41,219 nt of DNA from Gammaproteobacteria bacterium (lineage in GTDB: Bacteria > Pseudomonadota > Gammaproteobacteria > Thiohalomonadales > Thiohalomonadaceae). Numbering within the stretch: the stretch's first letter is position 1; each line of letters opens with the position of its first letter. The notes under the pieces were generated by a model. The model did no database searches. It saw only the letters and a program-made list of their open reading frames with translations, and was not told the origin of the DNA. The stretch is from the NCBI GenBank assembly GCA_036401755.1, contig DASWUD010000282.1:1-41219 (forward strand). The letters run 5' to 3'. Position numbers and translations under genes: made by a program. This document shows positions 23,746 through 33,488 of this stretch, in pieces.

Positions 23746-25755
23746 GTGAACGAGCAGCCACAGACGAGTCGGCAGCAGCGCTCCAGAAGCGCTCTCCTGC
23801 TGGAGTTTCTCGGCTCCATGTATCTGGCCATCATCCTGCTGGTGGTCATCGCCATCGCTTCGGCGATCGGAACGGTTCTGCAACAGAACGAGCCCTATAG
23901 CAACTACGTCATGAAATTCGGACCGTTCTGGTTCGAGGTCTTTCGCACCCTGGGCTTCTACGATATCTACGGCACCGCCTGGTTCCTGCTGCTGGTCGGC
24001 TTCCTGCTGCTCTCCACAGCCGTCTGCGTCTGGCGCAATACCCCTGCCATCCTGCGCGAATTCCGCCACTTCCGTCTCGACGTGCAGGAGAAGTCGCTGC
24101 GCGCCTTCCACCACGTCAGCGAGTGGAGCCTGCACAGCAGCCGCGACGACATAGCCGGCCACATCGGCCAGTTGCTACAGCAGCGCGGTTACAAGGTGCG
24201 CAGCAAGGCCAGCGATGATCGCCTGGTGATCGCCGCCACCCGCGGTGGCGCAGGCCGCCTTGGCTACATCGTCTTCCACCTCGCCATCATCGTCATCTGC
24301 ATCGCCGGCCTCATCAACGGCAATCTGCCACTGCGCTTCGCCGAACTGACGGGCAAGGTGGTGGTCGAGACGCGCGACCTGCCGGTCAGTCAGGTGCCGG
24401 AGAAGAGCTGGCTCGGCACCGACAACCAGGCGTTTCGTGGCAGCGTCAACATCCCCGAGGGCTCCTTCGCCAATTTCGCCTTTGTCCAGATGCGTGACGG
24501 CTACCTGGTGCAGAAGCTCCCCTTCACCGTGACGCTGCAGGATTTCCGCATCGAGCACTACCCCAGCGGCATGCCCAAGTCATTCGAGAGCGACATCATC
24601 ATTACCGATGACACGCTGAAGGAGCCGTTGCACAAGACCATCTCGGTCAACCACCCGCTCTCTTATCGGGGGTACAACATCTACCAGGCCAGCTTCGCCG
24701 ATGGTGGCTCGCAGGTGACACTGAAGGCGTGGTCGTTCGATCACCCCGCCAGCGAACCCCTGACCCTCAACAGCGCGGTGCAGGAGAAGGTTAGCGTCGA
24801 AACCTCGCGCGGCCCGCTCACCATCGAGGTGATCGACTTCAAGCTCTACAACATCTTCCCGGCACAGGAGGGTGATCCGAGCGGCAAGCAATTTCACAAC
24901 TACGGCCCGAGCGTCACCCTCAAGGTGCGCAATGCCGCAGGCGAGGCGCTGGAGTATGTGAACTACATGGTGCCGATCACCATGGAGGGACGCCTCTTCT
25001 ACCTGAGTGGCATGCGTGCCTCCCCGGCCGAAGATTACCGCTTCCTCCACCTGCCCCTCGACGACAAGGGCGGGCTGGGACGGTTCATGGCACTGCGTGC
25101 CCGCGCCCTGGATCACAGCGCGGTGCGTCGCATCGCCCAGCAGCAGACGCTGCAGGAGATGGGGGCGAGCGGCGACCAGGCAATGCTGGAACAGCTCACC
25201 GACTCAATCGCTAACCTGGTACAGATGTTCGTGGTCGAAGGCATCGATGCCGTGGTCGCCCACACCGAACAGAACATCGAACCGGCCAAGCGTCAGGATG
25301 CTCTGCAGTCCTATGTGAAGGTGATACAGAGCGTGCTCGGCGGCCTCTATCTGGAGCAGTTGGCGACCGAAGGCATCGATACCAGCAACGGGATCAGCGA
25401 CGCCGATGCGCGCTATTTCGATGATGCCGTCAACGCCATGTCGCTGATCGGTCCCTACGGCACACCGTTCTTCCTGCAACTAACCGACTTCAAACAGGTC
25501 GAAGCCTCGGGACTGCAGATTTCACGCGCCCCGGCCGGACCGATCATCATCTTCGGTTTCCTGTTGCTCTGTGCCGGGGTGTTCATGATGCTCTATCTGC
25601 ACAACCGCCACCTCTGGGTACGCATCAGCGGTGACGGTGAGGAGCTAAACGTACTGTTCGCTGGAACCAGCCACCGCAATCGTGGTGACTTCGGCGAAGA
25701 GTTTGATGCCCTGACGCAGCTGTTGCGCCAGGCAACCACTGGTCAAAACACCTAG
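23746..25755 (+). CDS. ccsB: Cytochrome c biogenesis protein ResB/CcsB (system II)
   Basis: 669 aa with a GTG start. The ResB-type N-terminus reads FLGSMYLAIILLVVIAIASAIGTVLQQ, followed by a second TM and the WRN motif. A large periplasmic domain and a C-terminal TM follow. It is immediately followed by ccsA. Confidence 0.88.
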   Translation: MNEQPQTSRQQRSRSALLLEFLGSMYLAIILLVVIAIASAIGTVLQQNEPYSNYVMKFGPFWFEVFRTLGFYDIYGTAWFLLLVGFLLLSTAVCVWRNTPAILREFRHFRLDVQEKSLRAFHHVSEWSLHSSRDDIAGHIGQLLQQRGYKVRSKASDDRLVIAATRGGAGRLGYIVFHLAIIVICIAGLINGNLPLRFAELTGKVVVETRDLPVSQVPEKSWLGTDNQAFRGSVNIPEGSFANFAFVQMRDGYLVQKLPFTVTLQDFRIEHYPSGMPKSFESDIIITDDTLKEPLHKTISVNHPLSYRGYNIYQASFADGGSQVTLKAWSFDHPASEPLTLNSAVQEKVSVETSRGPLTIEVIDFKLYNIFPAQEGDPSGKQFHNYGPSVTLKVRNAAGEALEYVNYMVPITMEGRLFYLSGMRASPAEDYRFLHLPLDDKGGLGRFMALRARALDHSAVRRIAQQQTLQEMGASGDQAMLEQLTDSIANLVQMFVVEGIDAVVAHTEQNIEPAKRQDALQSYVKVIQSVLGGLYLEQLATEGIDTSNGISDADARYFDDAVNAMSLIGPYGTPFFLQLTDFKQVEASGLQISRAPAGPIIIFGFLLLCAGVFMMLYLHNRHLWVRISGDGEELNVLFAGTSHRNRGDFGEEFDALTQLLRQATTGQNT

Positions 25756-25769
25756 CAGGAGGTCGCTTC

Positions 25770-27104
25770 ATGTCGGTACCCCAGGATCTCATTGCGTCCC
25801 AGCTGGACACTCGCCCCTTCCTGAAGCGCCTCGGTCTGTTCGACTGGCTCTGGGGGCTGGTGGTGGTGGTGGGTGCGCTCTATACCTGGAATCGCTTCGG
25901 GGACCTGATGGATACCTTCGAGCAGGTGATCCTGCCGCTCTCGGCCCTCGGTCTGCTGGCCCTGGGTTGGTTGTGGAAGCCGGCCCGCCCGCTGACGCTT
26001 GCGGTGGCGGCACTCTCGCTCTTCTCGGTCTGGCTCTATGGTGATGACCTCACCCGCGGTGAGCAAAACTTCTTTCTCAAATTCATCCTCGCCAGCCAGT
26101 CGGCGATCATGTGGATGAGCGCCCTCTACGTAATGGCCACCGGCGCCTACCTGCTGGCTCTGCTGCTGCGCTCCGAATTCACCGGCAAGGTCGCCACCGC
26201 CCTCACCTGGTCGGCCACCACCATGGGACTGGTGGGGCTGATGGTGCGCTGGCGCGAGTCCTACCTGATCAGCCCCGACATCGGCCACATCCCGGTGAGC
26301 AACCTCTACGAGGTCTTCATCCTCTTCGCCACCCTCACCGCGCTGCTCTATCTCCACTACGAAAAGCGCTACCAGAGCCGCGCCCTAGGCGCCTTCGTGC
26401 TGACGGTGATCTCGGCGGCGGTCGGCTTCATCCTCTGGTACACCTTCGAGCGCGGCGCCCACGAGATCCAGCCGCTGGTACCGGCGCTGCAGAGCTACTG
26501 GATGAAGATCCACGTCCCCGCCAACTTCGTCGGCTACGGCGCCTTCGCCATCGCGGCGATGGTTGCAGTCCCTGCGCTGATCAAAACCTACGTGGGCACA
26601 CCGAGCGCACGCCTGGCCTTTTGGCTGGTTTCAGCTGCGATGGGGGTAATCGTTTTTGTTGTTCAGTTGTTGCTTCATGGTGTTGAGCTAGCACAGCTGG
26701 TACGTGCACTACTGGCAGGCCTGATAACCGTTGCGGCGACCGCAGCCATTATCTGGGGACTTTCACGCGAGCGCATTGTGACGACATTACCCCCTGTCAA
26801 ACTCATGGACGATGTAATGTACAAGGCGATCGCCCTCGGCTTCGCCTTCTTCACCGTCGCCACCGTGCTCGGCGCCCTGTGGGCGGCCGAGGCGTGGGGC
26901 GGTTACTGGTCGTGGGACCCGAAGGAGACCTGGGCGCTCATCGTCTGGCTCAACTACGCCGGCTGGCTCCACCTGCGCCTCACCAAGGGGTTGCGCGGCG
27001 CACCGCTCGCCTGGTGGGCCGTCATCGGCCTGTTCGTCACCCTGATCGCCTTCCTCGGCGTCAACATGTTCCTCTCCGGGCTGCACTCCTACGGCAAGCT
27101 GTAG
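25770..27104 (+). CDS. ccsA: Cytochrome c-type biogenesis protein CcsA (haem handling, system II)
   Basis: Polytopic protein with the Trp-rich WWD-type motif WGGYWSWDPKETWALIVWL. AGGAGG RBS at 25757-25762. Confidence 0.9.
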   Translation: MSVPQDLIASQLDTRPFLKRLGLFDWLWGLVVVVGALYTWNRFGDLMDTFEQVILPLSALGLLALGWLWKPARPLTLAVAALSLFSVWLYGDDLTRGEQNFFLKFILASQSAIMWMSALYVMATGAYLLALLLRSEFTGKVATALTWSATTMGLVGLMVRWRESYLISPDIGHIPVSNLYEVFILFATLTALLYLHYEKRYQSRALGAFVLTVISAAVGFILWYTFERGAHEIQPLVPALQSYWMKIHVPANFVGYGAFAIAAMVAVPALIKTYVGTPSARLAFWLVSAAMGVIVFVVQLLLHGVELAQLVRALLAGLITVAATAAIIWGLSRERIVTTLPPVKLMDDVMYKAIALGFAFFTVATVLGALWAAEAWGGYWSWDPKETWALIVWLNYAGWLHLRLTKGLRGAPLAWWAVIGLFVTLIAFLGVNMFLSGLHSYGKL

Positions 27105-27122
27105 TCGCTTTGCCGTGACACC

Positions 27123-27160
27123 AAAAAACCCGCTGCCCAGTTCGGGACAGCGGGTTTTTT
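27123..27160. terminator. Bidirectional intrinsic terminator between convergent ccsA and the cNMP-binding gene
   Basis: AAAAAA, cccgctg...cagcggg stem (with an inner ccc/ggg extension), then TTTTTT. A- and T-tracts flank the stem on both sides. Confidence 0.85.
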
Positions 27161-27170
27161 AACAGCTGAA

Positions 27171-27662
27171 TCAGCGCTTGCCGCCGTAGAGGTACTTGGA
27201 GTAAGTGGCCACATCCTGCGTAACCCGGCGGAACAGCCGGTCGAGGCTGACGATGGCATCCTCCAGCAGGTTGACGGCAATGAAGGGGTGTTCGATGCGC
27301 AGCCGCTGGTACATGATGCGGCGCAGGCGCAGCAGCTTGGTGTTGGCCTTGACGGCCACGATACGGATGGAGCGCGGCTCGCGGTCGAAGAACGACATGG
27401 AGCCGAGCATCTCGCCCTCATTGGCGTGGGCCAGTTCCAGCGAACCGCCCCCCTCCTCGGGGTGCACCAGCGCCGCCTCGCCACTCACCACAAAATAGAG
27501 CGCCTCGCCCACCTCGCCCACATCGGCGATGATCTCCCCCTTGGCGAAGGTCACCTCGTCGGTGAATTCGAGCAGCGTTTCGATCTCGCGTACCGTCAGG
27601 CATTCGCACAGGTACTGCTGGTTCAGGAATTCGGTCAGATTGATTTTTTTATTGGTGCTCAT
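27171..27662 (-). CDS. Stand-alone cyclic-nucleotide-binding (CAP effector-type) domain protein
   Basis: The typical cNMP-binding core is present: FAKGEIIADVGEVGEALYFVVSGEA...GEMLGSMSFFDREPRSIRIVA (an FGE-like beta-roll with an RS/RT phosphate-binding region). No DNA-binding or other output domain is present. The start is set at MSTNKK (ATG 27660-27662). Confidence 0.75.
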   Translation of the reverse strand: MSTNKKINLTEFLNQQYLCECLTVREIETLLEFTDEVTFAKGEIIADVGEVGEALYFVVSGEAALVHPEEGGGSLELAHANEGEMLGSMSFFDREPRSIRIVAVKANTKLLRLRRIMYQRLRIEHPFIAVNLLEDAIVSLDRLFRRVTQDVATYSKYLYGGKR

Positions 27663-27804
27663 GCGGAACTCTCCCTCGGCAGACTGTCCTAGCATAGAAC
27701 AGGCCCGGCCTGCCGGGAAAGAGCCTGCGCGATGCTGCCTGCCGCCCTTTGCAGTATAGTAGTCAACCGTTGGTACTGGAAAATCTGAAATACGAGGAGA
27801 TGTG

Positions 27805-28449
27805 ATGAAACGTTATTTTGCGTGGCTGTTCCTGCTGTTCATGGTTCCAGCCCTGGCGCTAGCCGCCTCCGAACCCGAATACAACGAAGGGATCGACTAC
27901 CAACGGCTCTCGCAACCCCAGCCCGTGGCCAGCGACGGCAGCGTCGAGGTCGTCGAGCTCTTCTGGTATGGCTGTCCGCACTGCTACCACTTCGAGCCCC
28001 ATCTGCAGGGATGGCTGAAGAAGAAGCCGGCCAAGGTGAACTTCATCCGCATCCCTGCCATCTTCAACAGCCCCGAATGGCAGCTGCACGCTACCGCCTT
28101 CTATACCGCGGAGGTATTGGGCATTGGCGAGAAGATCCACGGTCCGCTGTTCTACGCCATTCAGGAAAAGAAACGCCCGCTGCACACCCGTGAACAGTTG
28201 ATGGAGTTCTTTGGCGAACAGGGTATCAGCAAGGACGATTTCAACAACACCTTCGATTCGTTTGCGGTGCAGACCAAGGTGCAGCGTGCTGCCGACCTCT
28301 CCAGGAAGTATGAGCTCGCCGGCGTGCCCACCATGATCGTCAATGGCAAATATCGCGTTGACGGCCCGATGGCCACCAGCTACGAACGACTGATCAAGAT
28401 CGTCGATTACCTGGTCCGCGAAGAGAGCAAGGTCGCGAAGAAACAGTAA
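27805..28449 (+). CDS. dsbA: Thiol:disulfide interchange protein DsbA
   Basis: Signal peptide and active site FWYGCPHCYHFEP (CPHC). The length is about 214 aa. GAGGAG RBS at 27794-27799. GTG 27802 is an alternative start. Confidence 0.93.
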   Translation: MKRYFAWLFLLFMVPALALAASEPEYNEGIDYQRLSQPQPVASDGSVEVVELFWYGCPHCYHFEPHLQGWLKKKPAKVNFIRIPAIFNSPEWQLHATAFYTAEVLGIGEKIHGPLFYAIQEKKRPLHTREQLMEFFGEQGISKDDFNNTFDSFAVQTKVQRAADLSRKYELAGVPTMIVNGKYRVDGPMATSYERLIKIVDYLVREESKVAKKQ

Positions 28450-28475
28450 GCGCCCTGGCTTAAGGCGGAAGGCAT

Positions 28476-30107
28476 ATGAAGGCGGCGAAGCTGTTCGTCC
28501 ACTGTCTGGAGAATGAAGGTATCGAGTATATCTTCGGCATTCCCGGCGAAGAGAATCTCGATGTGATGGATGCGCTGCTCGATTCATCGATCACATTCAT
28601 CACCGTGCGCCACGAACAGGGCGCCGCCTTCATGGCCGACGTCTACGGCCGCCTCACCGGCAAGGCCGGCGTCTGTCTCGCCACCCTCGGTCCCGGCGCC
28701 ACCAACCTCATCACCGGTGTCGCCGACGCCAACATGGACCACGCCCCCGTGGTGGCCATCGCCGGGCAGGCCGGCACCTACCGGCTGCACAAGGAGTCGC
28801 ACCAGGTGCTCGACCTGGAGCAGATGTTCGCGGCGGTCACCAAATACTCCTCGCGCCTGCTCACCCCCAACACCATTCCGGAAGTGGTGCGCAAGGCATT
28901 CAAACTGGCGCAGACCGAAAAGAGCGGCGCCACTTTCATCGAATTTCCCGAGAACATCGCCAAGATGGAGCTCGATGAGCTACCGCTGCCGGTCAAGCAG
29001 ACCATGGTGCCGGAGCCCTCGGCCGATCGGGTGGCGCTCGCCGCGGAGATCATCTCCAAGGCGCGCGCCCCGCTGATCCTCGCCGGCAACGGCGTGGTGC
29101 GCGCGCGCGCCTGGCAGCAGCTGGCCGACTTCGCCGGGCGCCTCAATATTCCCGTGGCCAACACCTTCATGGCCAAGGGGGTGCTCCCTTTCAAACACCC
29201 GATGGCGCTGGGCAGCGCCGGGCTGCAATCGAAGGACTATGTGAACTGCGGCTTCGACAGCGCCGACGTGATCATCTGCATCGGCTACGACCTGGTCGAA
29301 TACCACCCCTACCTGTGGCATCCGACCCGCGATCGCACCATCGTCCATATCGACAGCACCCACGCCGAGGTGGATGCCTACTACCCGGTGGCGGTGGGGG
29401 TGGTGGGTGACATCAAGCAGAGCCTGATCCGCGTGGGGCAGCTGGCCACGCCCCACCAGGGCCACGCCCTGCGCACCCTGCGCAAGGCCCTGATTAGCGA
29501 GATGGACGCCCACTCCAGCGACCAGAGCTTTCCGGTCAAACCGCAGAAGATCATCTGGGACCTGCGCACCGCCATGGAGCTGGAAGACATCGTCATCTGC
29601 GACGTGGGCGCCCACAAGATGTGGATGGCACGCATGTTCCGCTGCGAATATCCCAACACCTGCATCATCTCCAACGGCTTCGCCGCGATGGGCATCGCGG
29701 TGCCGGGTGCCATCGCCGCCAAGCTCGCCTATCCCGAACGCAAGGTGGTGGCGGTGACAGGCGACGCCGGTTTTCTGATGAACTCGCAGGAGATCGAAAC
29801 GGCGGTGCGCCTTGGCCTCAGCCTCGTGGTGCTGATCTGGAACGACAACGGCTACGGCCTCATCAAGTGGAAACAGCTCAACCAGTTTGGTCGCCCCTCC
29901 CACGTCGACTTCACCAATCCCGATTTCATCAAATATGCCGAAGCGTTTGGCGCCAGGGGCTACCGCATCAACGCCGTCAGCGAGCTGTTGCCGACGTTGC
30001 GTGAGGCGCTGCGCCATGAGGGTGTGACTATCATCGACTGTCCGGTCGATTATGCGGAAAATCTGAAACTCACCGCCAAGCTTGGCGAGATGGTCTGTCC
30101 GGTATGA
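28476..30107 (+). CDS. Thiamine-diphosphate-dependent enzyme, acetolactate synthase (AlsS)-like
   Basis: 543 aa. The N-terminal TPP-Pyr domain reads GIPGEENLDVMDAL...RHEQGAAFMADVYGRLTGK...LGPGATNL. The C-terminal TPP-binding motif reads GDAGFLMNSQEIETAVR...WNDNGYG (GDG-x24-NN type). Confidence 0.8.
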   Translation: MKAAKLFVHCLENEGIEYIFGIPGEENLDVMDALLDSSITFITVRHEQGAAFMADVYGRLTGKAGVCLATLGPGATNLITGVADANMDHAPVVAIAGQAGTYRLHKESHQVLDLEQMFAAVTKYSSRLLTPNTIPEVVRKAFKLAQTEKSGATFIEFPENIAKMELDELPLPVKQTMVPEPSADRVALAAEIISKARAPLILAGNGVVRARAWQQLADFAGRLNIPVANTFMAKGVLPFKHPMALGSAGLQSKDYVNCGFDSADVIICIGYDLVEYHPYLWHPTRDRTIVHIDSTHAEVDAYYPVAVGVVGDIKQSLIRVGQLATPHQGHALRTLRKALISEMDAHSSDQSFPVKPQKIIWDLRTAMELEDIVICDVGAHKMWMARMFRCEYPNTCIISNGFAAMGIAVPGAIAAKLAYPERKVVAVTGDAGFLMNSQEIETAVRLGLSLVVLIWNDNGYGLIKWKQLNQFGRPSHVDFTNPDFIKYAEAFGARGYRINAVSELLPTLREALRHEGVTIIDCPVDYAENLKLTAKLGEMVCPV

Positions 30108-30898
30108 CCATGACGAATGGTGCCACACCCGATAGCGGCCAACGCCTGCGCCTGTTGAGCTACAACATCCAGGTGGGGATCAGCAGCGTGCGTCCGCACC
30201 ACTACCTGACCAAGAGCTGGAAGAATCTGCTGCCCACGCCGCGCCGCTTCGAGAATCTCGGCCGCATTGCGCAGGTGTTGCGCGACCACGATATCGTCGG
30301 CCTGCAGGAGCTCGATGCCGGCAGCCATCGCACCGGCTATATCAACCTCACGGAGTTTCTCGCCCACCAGGCCAACTACCCCTTCTGGCATCATCAGGTC
30401 AATCGCGCCATGGGACCGATCGCCCAGCACGGCAACGGCCTGCTGAGCCGCTACCGGCCAACCCGTATCGTCGAGCACAAGCTGCCGGGACTGGTACCGG
30501 GGCGCGGCGCACTGATGGCGCAATTCGGCAACAACGACGAACCGCTGCTGGTGATGATGATCCACCTCTCGCTTGGCCAGCGCAGCCGTATCAATCAGCT
30601 CGCCTTTGTCAGCGAAATCATCAACGACTATCCGCACGCGATCCTGATGGGCGACATGAACTGCGCGCCGAGCAGTCCCGAGCTGGCGATGCTGTTCCGC
30701 CACACCAAACTGCGCGAGCCGCTGGAGGAGCACAAGACCTTTCCCTCCTGGCGCCCCGAACGCAGCATCGATCACATCCTCGTCACCCCGGAGCTGAAGG
30801 TGGAGACGTGTCAGGTGCTCAATTACGCCTTCTCCGACCATCTGCCCATCGCCATGGAGATCACCCTGCCTGCCACGATCGTCATGGCGGCAGGTTAG
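30104..30898 (+). CDS. Endonuclease/exonuclease/phosphatase (EEP) family protein
   Basis: EEP motifs appear in order: LLSYNIQ, GLQELD, MGDMNC, SIDHILV and SDHLPI. There is a 4-nt ATGA overlap with the upstream gene. Confidence 0.8.
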   Translation: MTMTNGATPDSGQRLRLLSYNIQVGISSVRPHHYLTKSWKNLLPTPRRFENLGRIAQVLRDHDIVGLQELDAGSHRTGYINLTEFLAHQANYPFWHHQVNRAMGPIAQHGNGLLSRYRPTRIVEHKLPGLVPGRGALMAQFGNNDEPLLVMMIHLSLGQRSRINQLAFVSEIINDYPHAILMGDMNCAPSSPELAMLFRHTKLREPLEEHKTFPSWRPERSIDHILVTPELKVETCQVLNYAFSDHLPIAMEITLPATIVMAAG

Positions 30899-30937
30899 GC
30901 ACGACGCTACTGCATTAGAGGCCGAAGGCTGTGAAAC

Positions 30938-31597
30938 TTAACGCCGCCCGGCCACCGGCGCCCAGCGTTCGATTAGCTCGTTGAAATGTTCGCTGTGGGT
31001 GATGATCACCACTTCATCTTCGCTCTTCAAGCGAGTGTCGCCGCGCGGCACCACAAACTTTCCGTCACGATAGATGCAGATGACGCGGCTCGATTCGGGC
31101 AGCTGGAGATCGCGAATCTCCACCTCATCCTGCTCGCGTGCCACGAAGGCAAAGGCCCGCGCTTCGTCACGAATCATCGCGGAGAGCTCAAGCGGATCGC
31201 GGCCCTCGAACAGGTCGGCCAAATAACGGCCGATGGTACGGCTGGGGATGACGATATCTTCCAGCCCCAGTTCGAGACAGATGTGTTCGAAGGAGGGGTC
31301 CTCGATGCGAGTTACAACGCGCTGGAAACCAAGGGAGCGCCCTACCAGACTGGCAATGATGTTGGCCTGATCATTACCGGTCATGGCAAAGAGCAGATGG
31401 GTTCCACCAGGATCGGTTTCACGCAGGATGGCCGGCTTGCTGCCATCACCGTGCACGAAGCCGCAATCGATCTCGCCGGACAGCGCATCGATACACTCCT
31501 TGTCGCGCTCGACGATCACCACCTCATGACCACGCTTCAGCAACAGTTGCGCCGTTCGCACCGCCACCTTGCTGGCACCGATGATGACCGCCCTCAT
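30938..31597 (-). CDS. trkA: TrkA/KtrA-type K+ transport regulatory subunit (RCK N plus C domains)
   Basis: The Rossmann fold starts at MRAVIIGASKVAVRTAQLLLKRGHEVVIVERD. A TrkA-C-like C-terminus is present (LQLPESSRVICIYRDGKFVVPRGDTRLKSEDEVVII). The start is set at Met76 of the track ORF, giving an ATGA overlap with the trkH stop (31594-31597). Confidence 0.85.
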   Translation of the reverse strand: MRAVIIGASKVAVRTAQLLLKRGHEVVIVERDKECIDALSGEIDCGFVHGDGSKPAILRETDPGGTHLLFAMTGNDQANIIASLVGRSLGFQRVVTRIEDPSFEHICLELGLEDIVIPSRTIGRYLADLFEGRDPLELSAMIRDEARAFAFVAREQDEVEIRDLQLPESSRVICIYRDGKFVVPRGDTRLKSEDEVVIITHSEHFNELIERWAPVAGRR

Positions 31598-33042
31598 GCG
31601 CCCTCCTGCCGTTTCGCGAACCAGGTGGGTGGATAACAGAGTACCAGCATAGCGACGACCTCCAGACGCCCCAGCAGCATGTCGATGGCGAGCACCGTCT
31701 TGAGCAGCGCTGGCAATTCGTGACTCGTAATGCCGGTGGAGAGCCCCACCGTAGCAGTAGCGGAGGTCACCTCCAGCAGCGCATCGAGGGGCGGATAACC
31801 GTGGCTCACGAAGATCAGCCACGAGATGACCACCACCGCACCAAACAGCAGAATCAGCGCAAACGCACGCAGCAATTCGTCATCCGAGAGCAGCCGACCG
31901 CCAAGACGTGGCTCGATGACTGCATGTTCCGGGGCTGCACTGCGGCGCAGATAGAGCTGAAGCAGCTTGAAGAACAGGATCAGTCGCAACAATTTCACGC
32001 CACCTGCGGTGGAGCCGACCCCGCCACCAATGAACATCGATACGACCACCACCAGTTTCGCGGCGGGATCGAGCAACGAGATATCGCTGGTGGAAAATCC
32101 GGTGGTGGTTTGCGCCGAAATCGCCAGGGTGATGGCGTGCAGCACAGGGGCCTCACCTCCCGGAGTCAGCAGCAAGAGTAGCAGGGAGACGACCGCGATC
32201 ATCCCTGCCAGCAGCCAGATCTCGCCATCACGCAGCACCTGACGCCAGCTGCCGTGCAGCGCACGGTGATAGAGAAACAGCGGCACTGCGCCACACCAGG
32301 CAACTACCAAAATGACCAGGCGCTGCGGCCATCCTGCCAGCGCCGCCAAGCTCTGGTCGTAGGTGGAGAAGCCGCCGGTGGAGATGGCCGCGAGCACATG
32401 GTCGATCGCCACCATACCGTCCCCTATCAGCGGCACAGCCACGGCGCACCCGATCGTCGTCAGCAATAGATAGATCATCAGCATGCGTCGCGCGTGGGTA
32501 CGGGCCGTGCTCACCAGCCCCTCGGCGCCGGCAGGCTCGACGAGCCGACGCGTCGTGACGTGATGCCCCATCAACAGCGCCACCGACAACACCACGATAC
32601 CGAGTCCGCCATACCACTGCAGCCAGGCACGACTGAAGAGAAAGGCTTGCGGGAGCAACTCCGGGTGGCGTTGGGTGGAGAGGCCAGTGGTGGTGATCCC
32701 GGAAATAGCCTCGAACAGCGCATCACCAAAGGTGAGCCCGGCGGCGGTGAAGGGGATGGTCATAAAGAGCGGCGCCAGCATGAAGGCAGCACAGACAATC
32801 ACCAGCGCCTCGTTGCCCTGCAGCTGTTGTGGTGGTGCGATACGCGCAGCGGGAAGGGACAACGCCAGCAGCACCAGCAGCATCACCAGTTGGTGCCATA
32901 CGAAGGTCCACTCGTAATGGGCAAAGGCCACCAGCAACGGGGCAAGATTGAGCAGTATCAGCATGATCCCGAGCTGGCCGAGGTACTTGGCCAGCACCGG
33001 CAGGCGCACGGAAAACTGCAGAGAGGTGGCCCCCTCGCTCAT
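31594..33042 (-). CDS. trkH: TrkH/KtrB family potassium transporter
   Basis: Polytopic protein with repeated selectivity-filter-like motifs (TTTGLST, STGGFST, TTTGFST, TVGLSTG) and GGVGSTAGGVKLLR. The start is set at MSEGATS (33042). Confidence 0.85.
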   Translation of the reverse strand: MSEGATSLQFSVRLPVLAKYLGQLGIMLILLNLAPLLVAFAHYEWTFVWHQLVMLLVLLALSLPAARIAPPQQLQGNEALVIVCAAFMLAPLFMTIPFTAAGLTFGDALFEAISGITTTGLSTQRHPELLPQAFLFSRAWLQWYGGLGIVVLSVALLMGHHVTTRRLVEPAGAEGLVSTARTHARRMLMIYLLLTTIGCAVAVPLIGDGMVAIDHVLAAISTGGFSTYDQSLAALAGWPQRLVILVVAWCGAVPLFLYHRALHGSWRQVLRDGEIWLLAGMIAVVSLLLLLLTPGGEAPVLHAITLAISAQTTTGFSTSDISLLDPAAKLVVVVSMFIGGGVGSTAGGVKLLRLILFFKLLQLYLRRSAAPEHAVIEPRLGGRLLSDDELLRAFALILLFGAVVVISWLIFVSHGYPPLDALLEVTSATATVGLSTGITSHELPALLKTVLAIDMLLGRLEVVAMLVLCYPPTWFAKRQEGA

Positions 33043-33165
33043 TCTCACACTCCTTCTGTGGGCAAGCCGCAGCGGCCATGAGATGAGCCTAGCAGAGCAA
33101 GAGATGGCTGCTGCCAAGCCGTGCGCCAGAGGGTAAAATTGCCGCCCTCTCCCTGAGATGCCTAG

Positions 33166-33480
33166 ATGCTACCTATTGATGAAGAACTGAAGGCGCGCCT
33201 CAACAGCGAAACCGGCCAACTGGGCTGGCCGGAACTGCAGCGCCATTTCGCGCGTGGCGTGGTGGTGGTGGTCGCAACCGGCATGGACCTGGTCGACGTG
33301 GCCGCCCGTATCTCCATGGACGACGGCGAGAGCGTCGGCCACTGGCTCGCGCAGGAGAAGATCCACCGCGCCAGCACAGCGGATGCACAGCGCTGGCACG
33401 ACAGCAATGCCCGGTTCTGGGCGGTGGTGGTTGCCCCGTGGGTGGTAGTGCAGGAGCTCCCGCCGCAACTCGACAGCTGA
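33166..33480 (+). CDS. Small conserved protein, probably DUF2288 family
   Basis: 104-aa ORF. The segment GQLGWPELQRHFARGVVVVVATGMDLVDVA resembles the DUF2288 pattern as I remember it. This is not verified. Confidence 0.45.
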   Translation: MLPIDEELKARLNSETGQLGWPELQRHFARGVVVVVATGMDLVDVAARISMDDGESVGHWLAQEKIHRASTADAQRWHDSNARFWAVVVAPWVVVQELPPQLDS

Positions 33481-33488
33481 ACCGAGCC

